The notes: generated from the letters alone by a model not told the origin. A stretch of DNA of 64,000 nucleotides from Minisyncoccia bacterium (GCA_041742075.1 JBGSJJ010000009.1:12895-76894), one strand, 5' to 3'. Numbered from the stretch's first letter, positions 17,914 to 27,033 are shown. Program-made: numbers and translations.

Positions 17914-18540
17914 CTACACTTCGCAGGTAAGACCACAGGCTTCAGGGGGTGGAGTACCTCGTTCAGGGCAAAGGCCGGAGTAAATACAAGAATCGGTGGT
18001 CACTTCATCTTGATATGTTTCTATGACAGTTTGGTCGGCTGGGCCATAGTAAAACAGAATCCGCTCGTTTTGTTGGTTGATGTGGTTGGCGGGATTCTCA
18101 ATTTTTTCGCCATTTACATACACTAAGAACGAGTTTGTCTCGTCCGTGCAGTACGCTCGGCCGGTGTCTAAGGTCAGGCAGTCATTTGTTACGGTAACGC
18201 CAAGCGAGGTAAAGAAGTCGCCCAAGGTGAGTCCGTTGGCGTGACGATGAATGACCTCGTCGTTGTTGTCATGAAAGTGCATGTCTTTTAAAAGTACCTG
18301 CTTTGCAGTCGATTGGTAGCGGTCGTCAGTAAATCGTATACGTTCTTCTAGAGCATAGAAAAGAAAATCGCTGTGTACATGGACTTCAGAGTCATGAGAA
18401 TGACTCGACTCTAGAATTCCGTATTTTGCGAGAAAATCTTGCGCTACGTGGCTGTCAAAGTGTGAGTAGGCAAATAAAGCACTTCCCCCGAGGAGAGAAC
18501 CAATCACAAATGAAAGCAATGGTGTATTAAGATTTTTCAT
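17914..18540 (-). CDS. secreted His/Cys-rich hypothetical protein
   Basis: signal peptide, multiple HxH/HD clusters, conserved Cys pairs near the C-terminus. Confidence 0.45.
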   Translation of the reverse strand: MKNLNTPLLSFVIGSLLGGSALFAYSHFDSHVAQDFLAKYGILESSHSHDSEVHVHSDFLFYALEERIRFTDDRYQSTAKQVLLKDMHFHDNNDEVIHRHANGLTLGDFFTSLGVTVTNDCLTLDTGRAYCTDETNSFLVYVNGEKIENPANHINQQNERILFYYGPADQTVIETYQDEVTTDSCIYSGLCPERGTPPPEACGLTCEV

Positions 18541-18623
18541 ACGGGCTTCACTGTATCATAATTTAAATAATTGAGGAGATGTACCAAAAACATGCAACAG
18601 AGTAGTGGTATTATATTTTTATA

Positions 18624-21278
18624 ATGAAAACGCTGAATTATTATAGTGAGACAGTTGAAGTTGTGCTGAACTCACTTGAGACAGACTCCGTCATTGGACT
18701 CACCTCACCCGAGGTCGTAGCTCGGCAGAAAATGTATGGAACCAATGAAATTAATGAGAAAAACACTCCCTCTAAACTGACTCTTCTTTTAAGGCAGTTT
18801 CAAAGTCCACTCGTACTTATCTTAGTGTTTGCAATGGTGGCAACCAGTTTTTTAGGAGAGTGGCTCGACACAGTAGTTATTTTTCTGGCCGTCGGTACTA
18901 ATGCAGTCCTTGGTTTTTATCAAGAACACCGGGCTGAGTCAGCCATATCTCACTTACGGTCATTCATTACGGTTCGGACGCGTGTCGTTCGTGAAGGAAA
19001 AGAAATGGAAATAGATGCGCGCGATGTAGTGCCCGGCGACCTAGTTCATTTGGTAACCGGTAGTCGAGTACCTGCTGACGGCCGGTTACTATCAGCTCAA
19101 AACTTAAGTATTGATGAAGCTATATTGACAGGTGAGTCGCTACCGACCGTGAAGCAAGTAACGGTGCTTAAGGAAGGGGTGGGAGTAGCAGACAGAATTA
19201 ATACCTGTTTTGGTGGGACGCTGGTAACTGAGGGCGGGGGACTGATGGTTGTAACAACAATTGGCGCGCAAACTGAGTTTGGAAAAATCGCTGAGCTCGT
19301 GAGCGTAACTCCGCGCGAACAAACACCACTTCAGTTAGCGATGGTAAAACTGGCGTGGGTAATTACCATAGTCGTCTCGCTTCTCGTAACTGGTGTATTT
19401 GCCCTTGGCGTCTCTCGGGGTGAGTCTATATATGAAATGTTTCTCGTGTCAGTCGCGGTAGCGGTTGGAGCAATACCTGAGGCCCTCCCGATTGCGCTTA
19501 CAGCAGTGCTGGCCGTCGGTGTTGAGCGCCTCTCGAAGCGAAAAGGGGTTATGCGAACACTCACAGCAGCGGAAACGCTCGGTTCAACAACTGTGGTTAT
19601 GACAGATAAAACCGGTACGCTCACCGAAGCGAAGCTGGAACTTGTTACCGTTGCGACTATTGAACATATTGCCAAAGGTACGCTCGGGGACAAGAAAATT
19701 GAGTACCACGAGTATAGCCAAGCGCAGAAAGAGTTAGTTACCCTCGCTTCGGCCGGAACCACCGTGATTATCGAAAACCCTCATGAAGTACCACAGGTGT
19801 GGCGCATGAGTGGGAGTCCACTTGAAACGACGTTGGTGCGGACCGCTGGGCTCATGGGGATTCCAGTTTCAGAACTGCATAGTCAGAAACCATATCGGTT
19901 ACTGATTCCATTTGCCTCAACCCATAAATTTTCGGTCACTGAGGGAATGCTTGATTTAGATTCTGATCTGACTGGAAAAGAAAAAGGCTACGCGCACATA
20001 GTGGTTGGCGCGCCTGACGTACTGCTTAGCCGAACAAGTATGCGTGAAGAAGACAAGGAAGTAGTCTCTAAGTATATTGAAACAGAAAGTACCGAAGGGA
20101 AGCGGTTACTTGGTGTCGCGGTATCGTACATCGATAAGGCTTCGCATACTCATGGAAACCACACCCCAGCCGATATTACCCAGTTGCAGTTTGTGGGGAT
20201 TATTTCGTTCCTTGATCCAGTCCGAAAAGAGGTGCCAAAAGCCATTAAACAAATAGAAAACTTCGGAGTTCGAGTAGTTATCGCTACGGGCGACTTAGCC
20301 GGTACCGCAGTTGCAGTGGCGCGTGACCTCGGTTGGGTAATCTCGCCTAATCAGGTGATCACGGGCGAAACCATGCGCCAGCTTTCGGATCGCGCCCTTG
20401 GTGAAGCACTTAAAGAAATACGTATTTTTGCCCGCGTGACACCCACCGATAAGCTTAGGATTGCGAAGCTATATCAGACGCGAGGAGAGATTGTCGCTAT
20501 GACGGGAGATGGTGTAAATGACGCGCCATCGCTTAAGGCCGTAAATATCGGTATTGCGGTTGGTTCGGGAAGCGATGTCGCAAAGGGTGTGGCTGATTTG
20601 ATTTTGCTTGACGATAACTTTCAGACCATTGTCTCAGCTATCGAAGAAGGGAAGCGTGTACTGCATAACATCCGAAAGACATTTGTGTATTTGATGTCGA
20701 GCTGTCTTGATGAAGTGTTTTTAATTGGGGGAAGTTTACTACTCGCTCTTCCACTTCCACTTACCGCGATGCAGATTATTTGGGTTAACTTCTTTACCGG
20801 AAGTTTACCAGCAATTGCGTTTGCTTTTGATACCAACAACCAGGAAACAGGTCAAGTTCGGAAAGGAGGTCGGGAGATAATCAGTGGACGAGTGAAGATA
20901 ATCACCTTTGTGGTTTCGGTAGTGAGTTCAGGAGCACTCTTTGGTCTGTACTATGGACTGCTTAAGCTCGCGCTTCCACTTGAGACCGTGCAGACTTTCA
21001 TTTTTGTTTGTTTCTCCTCGTATATTTTGGTCATTGCGTACTCATTTAGAAACATGTACGCACCGCTTTGGACCTATAACCCATTTTCAAATACCTTTAT
21101 GAACTACGGCGTACTGGCAGGTTTTGCCCTCTTAGCGCTCTCGCTCACGGTACCCTTCCTGCAAGATACCTTTAGTACTACAAGCTTGAGTCTTCCGTGG
21201 TATGGCTTTGTATTTCTATGGGTAGTAGCAAACGTAGCTTTGGTTGAGTTGCTTAAATGGTTAGTATTCCGCCCTTAG
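18624..21278 (+). CDS. P-type cation-transporting ATPase (P2-type, Ca2+/Mg2+-like)
   Basis: DKTGTLT phosphorylation motif, TGES, TGDGVNDAPSLK hinge motif, 10 TM topology. Confidence 0.85.
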   Translation: MKTLNYYSETVEVVLNSLETDSVIGLTSPEVVARQKMYGTNEINEKNTPSKLTLLLRQFQSPLVLILVFAMVATSFLGEWLDTVVIFLAVGTNAVLGFYQEHRAESAISHLRSFITVRTRVVREGKEMEIDARDVVPGDLVHLVTGSRVPADGRLLSAQNLSIDEAILTGESLPTVKQVTVLKEGVGVADRINTCFGGTLVTEGGGLMVVTTIGAQTEFGKIAELVSVTPREQTPLQLAMVKLAWVITIVVSLLVTGVFALGVSRGESIYEMFLVSVAVAVGAIPEALPIALTAVLAVGVERLSKRKGVMRTLTAAETLGSTTVVMTDKTGTLTEAKLELVTVATIEHIAKGTLGDKKIEYHEYSQAQKELVTLASAGTTVIIENPHEVPQVWRMSGSPLETTLVRTAGLMGIPVSELHSQKPYRLLIPFASTHKFSVTEGMLDLDSDLTGKEKGYAHIVVGAPDVLLSRTSMREEDKEVVSKYIETESTEGKRLLGVAVSYIDKASHTHGNHTPADITQLQFVGIISFLDPVRKEVPKAIKQIENFGVRVVIATGDLAGTAVAVARDLGWVISPNQVITGETMRQLSDRALGEALKEIRIFARVTPTDKLRIAKLYQTRGEIVAMTGDGVNDAPSLKAVNIGIAVGSGSDVAKGVADLILLDDNFQTIVSAIEEGKRVLHNIRKTFVYLMSSCLDEVFLIGGSLLLALPLPLTAMQIIWVNFFTGSLPAIAFAFDTNNQETGQVRKGGREIISGRVKIITFVVSVVSSGALFGLYYGLLKLALPLETVQTFIFVCFSSYILVIAYSFRNMYAPLWTYNPFSNTFMNYGVLAGFALLALSLTVPFLQDTFSTTSLSLPWYGFVFLWVVANVALVELLKWLVFRP

Positions 21279-21286
21279 TCTTTTTG

Positions 21287-21949
21287 TTACCAAATAATTG
21301 GTTCTTGCCCGTACGCTTTGAGGTAGTTGTTCGTCTGACTAAACTGTTTAGTGCCAAAAAACCCTTTGTAGGCTGAGAGTGGAGACGGATGAGCTGATTC
21401 TAAAACTAAGTGTTTAGAACGGTCGATGTGCATACCTTTTGCTCGGGCGTAATTACCCCACAGCAAAAACACCACATGTTCGCGCTCGCGAGAGAGGGTA
21501 CTAATAACAGCATCAGTAAACATCTCCCAGCCTTTATTTTGGTGAGAACCTGCTTTATGAGCTTCTACCGTGAGCGTTGTGTTTAAAAGAAACACCCCCT
21601 GGGCACATAAGTATGAAAGATCGCCTGAGTTTAGAGGCTCGTGGCCAGTATCAGTTTCGATTTCTTTAAAAATATTTTTAAGTGACGGGGGAAGTGGGGT
21701 TCCTTCCAAAACTGAAAAGGCCAGGCCGTGGGCTTGGTTTAGTCCGTGGTACGGGTCTTGACCTAGGATAACGACCTTCACTGTATACAGCGGGCATTGA
21801 TTGAAAGCAGTAAACACCTGTTCTTTAGGGGGGAAGACGGTAGTGTGTTGATAGGCTTCTTTCACGAAGCTTGAGAGTTCAGTAAAGTAAGGTTTTTCAA
21901 ATTCATCTCTGAGAGCTTCTTGCCACGAGGGTTCGATACTGGCGTGCAT
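21287..21949 (-). CDS. ung: uracil-DNA glycosylase (family 1)
   Basis: motifs VVILGQDPYH and AHGLAFSV, HPSPLS; start placed at MHASIEPSW to avoid overlapping mutM. Confidence 0.8.
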   Translation of the reverse strand: MHASIEPSWQEALRDEFEKPYFTELSSFVKEAYQHTTVFPPKEQVFTAFNQCPLYTVKVVILGQDPYHGLNQAHGLAFSVLEGTPLPPSLKNIFKEIETDTGHEPLNSGDLSYLCAQGVFLLNTTLTVEAHKAGSHQNKGWEMFTDAVISTLSREREHVVFLLWGNYARAKGMHIDRSKHLVLESAHPSPLSAYKGFFGTKQFSQTNNYLKAYGQEPIIW

Positions 21950-21972
21950 GGTAGGTAGTGTAGCGTATGGGC

Positions 21973-22839
21973 TTACTTTTGGCACGAAGGGCAGTAGTGG
22001 GTTCCCCGACCAGCCACTCTCATTTTCTTAATCTCAGTGCCACAGCGTGCACAAGGTGTTCCTTGTTTACCAAAGACTTTAAGATATGAAGTGAAGTTAC
22101 CAGTACTACCTTCGGTATCAAGAAAATGCTGAAAGGTTGTCCCGCCAACTAAGATAGCTTCACGCATCACTGCTCCGGCTTCATGGGCGAGCAATAACGC
22201 TTCTTTTTTACTCAGCGTCTTGGCACTTCGGGTCGGACGTACTTTTGCTCGCCAGAGTGCTTCGTCAACGTAAATATTTCCCAGCCCTGCGACAAAAGAT
22301 TGATCAAGCAAAACTGCTTTGACACTTGTTTTCCGCTTCCGTATAGCATCAGCAAACCACACGGTATCAAAGTTTTTTGCAATCGGTTCTGGACCAAAAC
22401 CAGACCGAGCACGAGCTACCTCAGTTGCGTCGGCGATTTTAAAATACCCAAACAAACGCATATCATTAAAATATAAAGAAGTGGTATCAGTAAAGTGAAA
22501 GGCAACTCGGGTGTGTTTTCCAGGAAGCTCACGATGGTCAGTGGCTGACTGAGAGTGTCCACCACCACTTACATCGCCACGTGTATCAACGTAAAAGAAC
22601 TGACCAGTCATTTTTAAGTGACCAAGTAAAAACAAATCAGACTCTTCTTTAAAAGAAAAAATTAGGAGTTTACCAATCCGGTCGATGTCAGCAAATACCT
22701 TACCGGTTAGAATTTTTTTATAGGCACTATTAAAAGCAGTGGTCTTTGGGTGAAACACATCAACTTCGGCAATCTCCTTGTCGATAAGGGCTCGCTTCAG
22801 TTGGATGCGCACAGTTTCTACTTCAGGGAGTTCAGGCAT
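21973..22839 (-). CDS. mutM: formamidopyrimidine-DNA glycosylase
   Basis: N-terminal MPELPEVE catalytic Pro2/Glu3 and C-terminal zinc finger CARCGTEIKKMRVAGRGTHYCPSCQ. Confidence 0.85.
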   Translation of the reverse strand: MPELPEVETVRIQLKRALIDKEIAEVDVFHPKTTAFNSAYKKILTGKVFADIDRIGKLLIFSFKEESDLFLLGHLKMTGQFFYVDTRGDVSGGGHSQSATDHRELPGKHTRVAFHFTDTTSLYFNDMRLFGYFKIADATEVARARSGFGPEPIAKNFDTVWFADAIRKRKTSVKAVLLDQSFVAGLGNIYVDEALWRAKVRPTRSAKTLSKKEALLLAHEAGAVMREAILVGGTTFQHFLDTEGSTGNFTSYLKVFGKQGTPCARCGTEIKKMRVAGRGTHYCPSCQK

Positions 22840-22856
22840 AGTGATTTTACATTGTA

Positions 22857-24146
22857 TTAATCAGAGCGTTTTCCATACAGTGAGAGTGGGTGAAGGCGTG
22901 AAGCAACAGAGTAGGCAGCTATAGTGCTGAGGATGAGTGGAATAATGAGCAGTGGTTCATCAGTTAATTCAAATACAATAATACTGGCGGTAAATGGCGC
23001 GTGAGCAACTCCTGCAAACAGGGAAGCCATACCAAGTAGTATTAAAAGTGTCGAATCAACCGCAATAAAAGGTAGATTTTCAAGTACAGCTCCAAATGAA
23101 CTGCCAAGGATACACCCGATAAATAGCGCTGGCGCAAAAATTCCACCTGACCCACCACTACCTAGGGTGATTGAAGTGGCAACAATTTTTGCGATCAGGA
23201 GAGCAAGTAGGAGGTAAAATGGCAGGGTTACTTCAGAGAGAGAATTGAGTATAAACGGATAGCTCGCTGGCTCATGCACATAGGGGAACAGTAGCGCAAT
23301 CAATCCCACCAACAAACCTCCGAGAGCAGGTTTTAAGATATAGTGAATTGGTAGATTGGTAAAAACTTTTGTCGTAATGCGAAAACAGTAGCCAAAGAGT
23401 ACCGCTACTACTCCAGCGAGGATGCCCAACACGACAATTGTCACCAGGTCTTGCGGTAAGAAACTCACTTCTCCCAAAAAGTTAAATGCGAGCACCGGCT
23501 GACCAATGACAAAAGTGGTAACGTACGCCCCGATGAGACCAGTCAGTAGAAATTGTCCATATCTAATGAGCGGAAGCTTTCGAAACAAAATTTCGCTACA
23601 AAAAATCACTCCGGCAAGCGGTGCCCCAAACGTACCCCCAATACCCGCGGCGGCTCCGGCCCCGAGGAGCATCTTTAACTCGCGGGTATCTAGTTTAAAG
23701 TATTGACCAATGAGTGAACCGATTCCTGCGCCAATCTGAATTATCGGACCTTCTCGACCAGCTGAACCGCCGGTACCAATGGTGAGTGTGGAGGTGAGAA
23801 TTTTAATGGGTGCCACAAAGCGATTGATTTTTCCACCCCGAAGAGCTAGTACTGACAGCACCTCGGGCACACCTTCACCACTGGCGTCATAGGCTTTTGT
23901 TGTATGTATTACAACCCCGACCAAAAGTCCACCAAGAGCGGGAAGAAAGACACGATACCAAACCGGGAGCGATTCTACGCTGGAAATAAAGGTACCAGCA
24001 CCATTAAAACCAAAAGAAATGCTGGTTACTAGTTGTATGAGTACATGAAGAATTATTGCACCAAGTGCACCGCCAAAACCAACAAAAATAGTCAAAAGTA
24101 TGATCTTTATATATGCCGGACGGGGAATAGATTCATTGGAAGTCAT
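22857..24146 (-). CDS. ClC-family chloride channel/transporter
   Basis: selectivity-filter motifs GSAGREGP, GIFAP and GxFxP-type helices; ~10-12 TM. Confidence 0.8.
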   Translation of the reverse strand: MTSNESIPRPAYIKIILLTIFVGFGGALGAIILHVLIQLVTSISFGFNGAGTFISSVESLPVWYRVFLPALGGLLVGVVIHTTKAYDASGEGVPEVLSVLALRGGKINRFVAPIKILTSTLTIGTGGSAGREGPIIQIGAGIGSLIGQYFKLDTRELKMLLGAGAAAGIGGTFGAPLAGVIFCSEILFRKLPLIRYGQFLLTGLIGAYVTTFVIGQPVLAFNFLGEVSFLPQDLVTIVVLGILAGVVAVLFGYCFRITTKVFTNLPIHYILKPALGGLLVGLIALLFPYVHEPASYPFILNSLSEVTLPFYLLLALLIAKIVATSITLGSGGSGGIFAPALFIGCILGSSFGAVLENLPFIAVDSTLLILLGMASLFAGVAHAPFTASIIVFELTDEPLLIIPLILSTIAAYSVASRLHPLSLYGKRSD

Positions 24147-24277
24147 GATGGCTAGAGATGCTTAAAGTATACTATATGGCCCATTTTCGGTATTAGCGAC
24201 CGTCTATTGAAACTATTGGCATTTTCTGTACAATGACAGGCACTCACCGTAGTTTGGTGAGTAGTAGAAGAGGAGAT

Positions 24278-24557
24278 TCCGGTGTAGCTCAGTGGTAGAG
24301 CAGTGCGCTGTCAGCAGGCAGCTCCTATTGGAAACTTTAGGATGAACTCTTTGGGATATCGGTGAACGCTAAGTCTAAAATTTAGATATGCCAATACCGA
24401 GGGAACCACACATGCTGTGTGGGCGCCGTAGAGACTAGATACCGAAGTGCCTACTTTCGCACACGTGCGGATAAGGTAAAGATATAGTCCACGCCTTTGT
24501 GAAAACATAGGAAGTCGTGTAACGCATTGGTCGTAGGTTCGAATCCTACCGCCGGAG
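24278..24557 (+). tRNA. tRNA-Asn(GUU) interrupted by a group I intron in the anticodon loop
   Basis: Exon 1 24278-24311 is TCCGGTG-TA-GCTC-AGTGGTA-GAGC-A-GTGCG-CTGT. Exon 2 24520-24557 is TAA-CGCAT-TGGTC-GTAGG-TTCGAAT-CCTAC-CGCCGGA-G. Spliced, this gives a canonical cloverleaf with anticodon loop CUGUUAA, discriminator G73, CCA not encoded. Confidence 0.6.
24312..24519 (+). ncRNA. group I self-splicing intron (~208 nt)
   Basis: 5' exon ends in U, able to pair GCUGU/GCAGC with the internal guide (U-G at splice site); intron ends in G; conserved cores GTAGAGACTAGA (R-like, 24428-24439) and AAAGATATAGTCC (S-like, 24478-24490) giving P7 GACTA/TAGTC; GGGAA loop. Confidence 0.55.
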
Positions 24558-24980
24558 CAAAATGAACCCCGAAAGGGGTTTTCATTTTGCTTCGGCGAGC
24601 AAGGTGTGGGACACCTTGCGTGTAGGATTCGAAAACCTTGCCAGCTATTTTGCAAAAATAGCGACAAGGTGTACTGAAACTGTAAGTTTCGAAATTCCTA
24701 CTGTTCAAACGAGCAAGCAATACTAATGTTTACATTTGTATTGTTCTTGTGAGTGCAGAATAGAAAGCTTTGCTTACCGCCTAAGCCACAAAACTGAATA
24801 CCAAAAACACTTGAAAGTGTCATGAAATTGGTGCCCTTACGGCCTGATAAAGGTAACCAGCTCCAGTCTAAAAAATGATACTGCTAGTACATACTCACCA
24901 CTACATTATTTCTAGCAATAGTATCCAATAAATGAGCCAATTTGACGTTATTAGATATTGTGAACCTTAAATATTAAATT

Positions 24981-25521
24981 ATGAAAAAAATTATTTTTGC
25001 CTTATTCAAAGACATTGAAGTAGCAGATCAGGCTATTAGCAAGTTGCATACTGAATTAAATATATCGAACGACAAAATTTCGTATATGTACAAAGACAGA
25101 AACGGAAAAAATACTTCTGGTAATGCTGGTGACTCTACTACTATGACCGCTACCGAAGGGGCTGTTAGTGGAGCTGCTACAGGTGGAATGATTGGTGCAG
25201 CCATTGGTTTGGTAGGAATTGCTGGTCTAACTCGGGCCACTTGGACCAATCGTGGTAGCAGGACCCTTGGCTACATTTCTGGGCATCGCTGGTGGTGCAG
25301 GGGCAGTGGTTGGTACGGGTGTTGCGGGGGCAGTTATTGGAGGACTCGTTGGTGCCCTTATCTCCATGGGAGTAAGTGAACCACAGGCGAGGAATTTTGA
25401 AGAACGTGTCGATGCGGGTGACGTGCTTGTTATCATTCATGCTGAAGAAACCGAAGCAGTTAGCGCTATCCTTCGTGAATTTAAAGCAGAAGAAATAACT
25501 GCCACTGAGACGAAGATTTAG
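24981..25521 (+). pseudogene. glycine-zipper membrane/stress protein split by a frameshift
   Basis: ORF 24981-25379 ends in nonsense-like sequence after GAATGGMIGAAIGLVGIAGL while ORF 25252-25521 continues the Gly-zipper (LGIAGGAGAVVGTGVAGAVIGGLVGA) and a conserved C-terminal domain; frame switch near 25230-25260. Confidence 0.45.
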
Positions 25522-25610
25522 GCATAGCCTAAAAGTTAAAGGAATTAAAGTCCCGGCAATAACTAAAATAACCCGTTACAGGGTTATTTTAAGTACCTAA
25601 TAATATAGAG

Positions 25611-25892
25611 CTAAATAGTTATATCTTCCTCCGGTTCTTTTTCATTGACCTTAGCTGCTTCAATATGTTCTTTGGCCGCTTCTACATGTACGGCGGCTGC
25701 TTGCACGTGCACTTCGGCAGCCTCGACGTGGACTTCAGCAACAGTGGCACGAGCCCCGTCAACTTTCTCCTCTACTTTTTCGGCTTCTACCTCCAAGGCT
25801 TCAACTTTATCGTTAGCGAGTACGAGGCACTCGTCATTTTTTTCATTCTCAGTCATAAAATTATGAACGTGATTATTGATAGATGGGGTCAA
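25611..25892 (-). CDS. small acidic protein with tandem AEVHVEAA-type repeats (hypothetical)
   Basis: 93-aa ORF (likely start at the internal MTENEK); triplicated AEVHV(E/Q)AA peptide repeat mirrored by 18-21-nt DNA repeats. Confidence 0.3.
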   Translation of the reverse strand: MTPSINNHVHNFMTENEKNDECLVLANDKVEALEVEAEKVEEKVDGARATVAEVHVEAAEVHVQAAAVHVEAAKEHIEAAKVNEKEPEEDITI

Positions 25893-26042
25893 TCTACATT
25901 AATCATTGTACATGAATTAAGCTCAAAGTGGTACTGTAAAAATGGCTCAAAATATAGGTTGTAATGAATTTATTATTTATACGGCATATACTGTGGACAA
26001 GTTTTTTAAAGATGAATTTGTGAATTAAAAAGTCTAGACGTA

Positions 26043-26072
26043 AGCAAAAAACACCCCTGGGGTGTTTTTTGC
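26043..26072. terminator. bidirectional intrinsic terminator
   Basis: AAAAAACACCCC-TGGGGTGTTTTTTG palindrome with flanking A/T runs, downstream of the minus-strand gene at 26097. Confidence 0.5.
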
Positions 26073-26096
26073 AAATACATTTTACTTATTAGAAAT

Positions 26097-26642
26097 TTAT
26101 AGCTTTGCCAGCTGGGTTTGGAGTAGAGCGACCTGCTTAAGGAGAAGCTGGATTTGGGCAAGTAGCTTGGCACGATCAGCTACACTTACGACGGACTTAG
26201 ATGCAGTATTCCAACAGGCTTTAGAAGAATTCCACGGTTGTGTCCCTGACACAGTATACAGATGCTTCGCGTAGCCGAGGTTGCCCGGTAGGGTAGTGAG
26301 GTCAAACCCAAGACGTAGAGCATCTTTGGTGTGGATCGCTTCATTGAATTGAAATACACCGACCATTCCGTAGCCAAGACCGCCACGCAAGACAGTACCA
26401 GCGTCGTTGAATTGTCTGAACTCTGATTCACAGCGAGCGATTTCAACCATAGCGGGCGAATCTTTAAAGAAAGTAGTGAGGAGTGACTTAACAACGCTTG
26501 CACCAGCGTATCCGGTTGGTATAGAAACAGGAGTACTAGTACTTGTGTTTGCTATGGTACTAGCCTCCACTGTAAATACTTGTGGTACCAGAAAAAAACT
26601 TACTACAAACAGAACACCCAAAAAAGAAGATTTACCTGACAT
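26097..26642 (-). CDS. secreted lysozyme-like (SLT/transglycosylase-like) domain protein, paralog B
   Basis: signal peptide MSGKSSFLGVLFVVSFFLVPQVFTVEA; IARCESEF...GMVGVFQF...PW..SKACW motif block shared with 15027-15482; C-terminal leucine-rich coiled coil. Confidence 0.5.
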   Translation of the reverse strand: MSGKSSFLGVLFVVSFFLVPQVFTVEASTIANTSTSTPVSIPTGYAGASVVKSLLTTFFKDSPAMVEIARCESEFRQFNDAGTVLRGGLGYGMVGVFQFNEAIHTKDALRLGFDLTTLPGNLGYAKHLYTVSGTQPWNSSKACWNTASKSVVSVADRAKLLAQIQLLLKQVALLQTQLAKL

Positions 26643-26661
26643 GATTACATCATTAATCAAC

Positions 26662-27033
26662 TTATGAACCCTCAGGCATGAGGTAGTACTGACCAGCTTC
26701 TTCTGTGAAGACATTTTTTATATTTTTCCAACCAGTCGTGTCATCAAGTGAGCCAACTGCCATCAAGATGTTTGGTCCGGTAAGTTGTTCTTTAAAAAGA
26801 GCCGACCCACACAAGTTACAGAAACCACGGCGCGCTTCGCTTGAAGACGCATACCAAGCGAGGCCTGTCTCGTTTGTAAAGTGAAAGTTTGCTTTTTCAG
26901 TCATGACCATCGGGTTGTAGTTACCATGAAGTCTTTGACAGAATTTGCAGTGACAGCTGATTACGCCAGTAATTTCTCCTTGGGCTTCATAGGAAACTGC
27001 TCCACAGCCACATGCTCCTGTTATTTTTTGCAT
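26662..27033 (-). CDS. GFA-family (glutathione-dependent formaldehyde-activating-like, CENP-V fold) protein
   Basis: Cys pattern CGCG...CHCKFCQ...CNLCGS typical of the GFA zinc-binding fold. Confidence 0.7.
   Translation of the reverse strand: MQKITGACGCGAVSYEAQGEITGVISCHCKFCQRLHGNYNPMVMTEKANFHFTNETGLAWYASSSEARRGFCNLCGSALFKEQLTGPNILMAVGSLDDTTGWKNIKNVFTEEAGQYYLMPEGS

Noticed and set aside
24311-24720. ORF-track ORFs 24311-24667 (118 aa) and 24451-24720 (89 aa) on the minus strand
   Set aside because: They lie antisense across the tRNA exons, the group I intron and the downstream hairpins. Their composition is nonsense-like (Cys/Arg/Pro-rich), and the region is better explained as structured RNA.
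24942-24980. Sigma70 promoter for the glycine-zipper gene (TTGACG ... TAGATAT/TAAATA)
   Set aside because: Candidate -35/-10 hexamers exist but none has a 16-18-nt spacing. Not reported as a feature.
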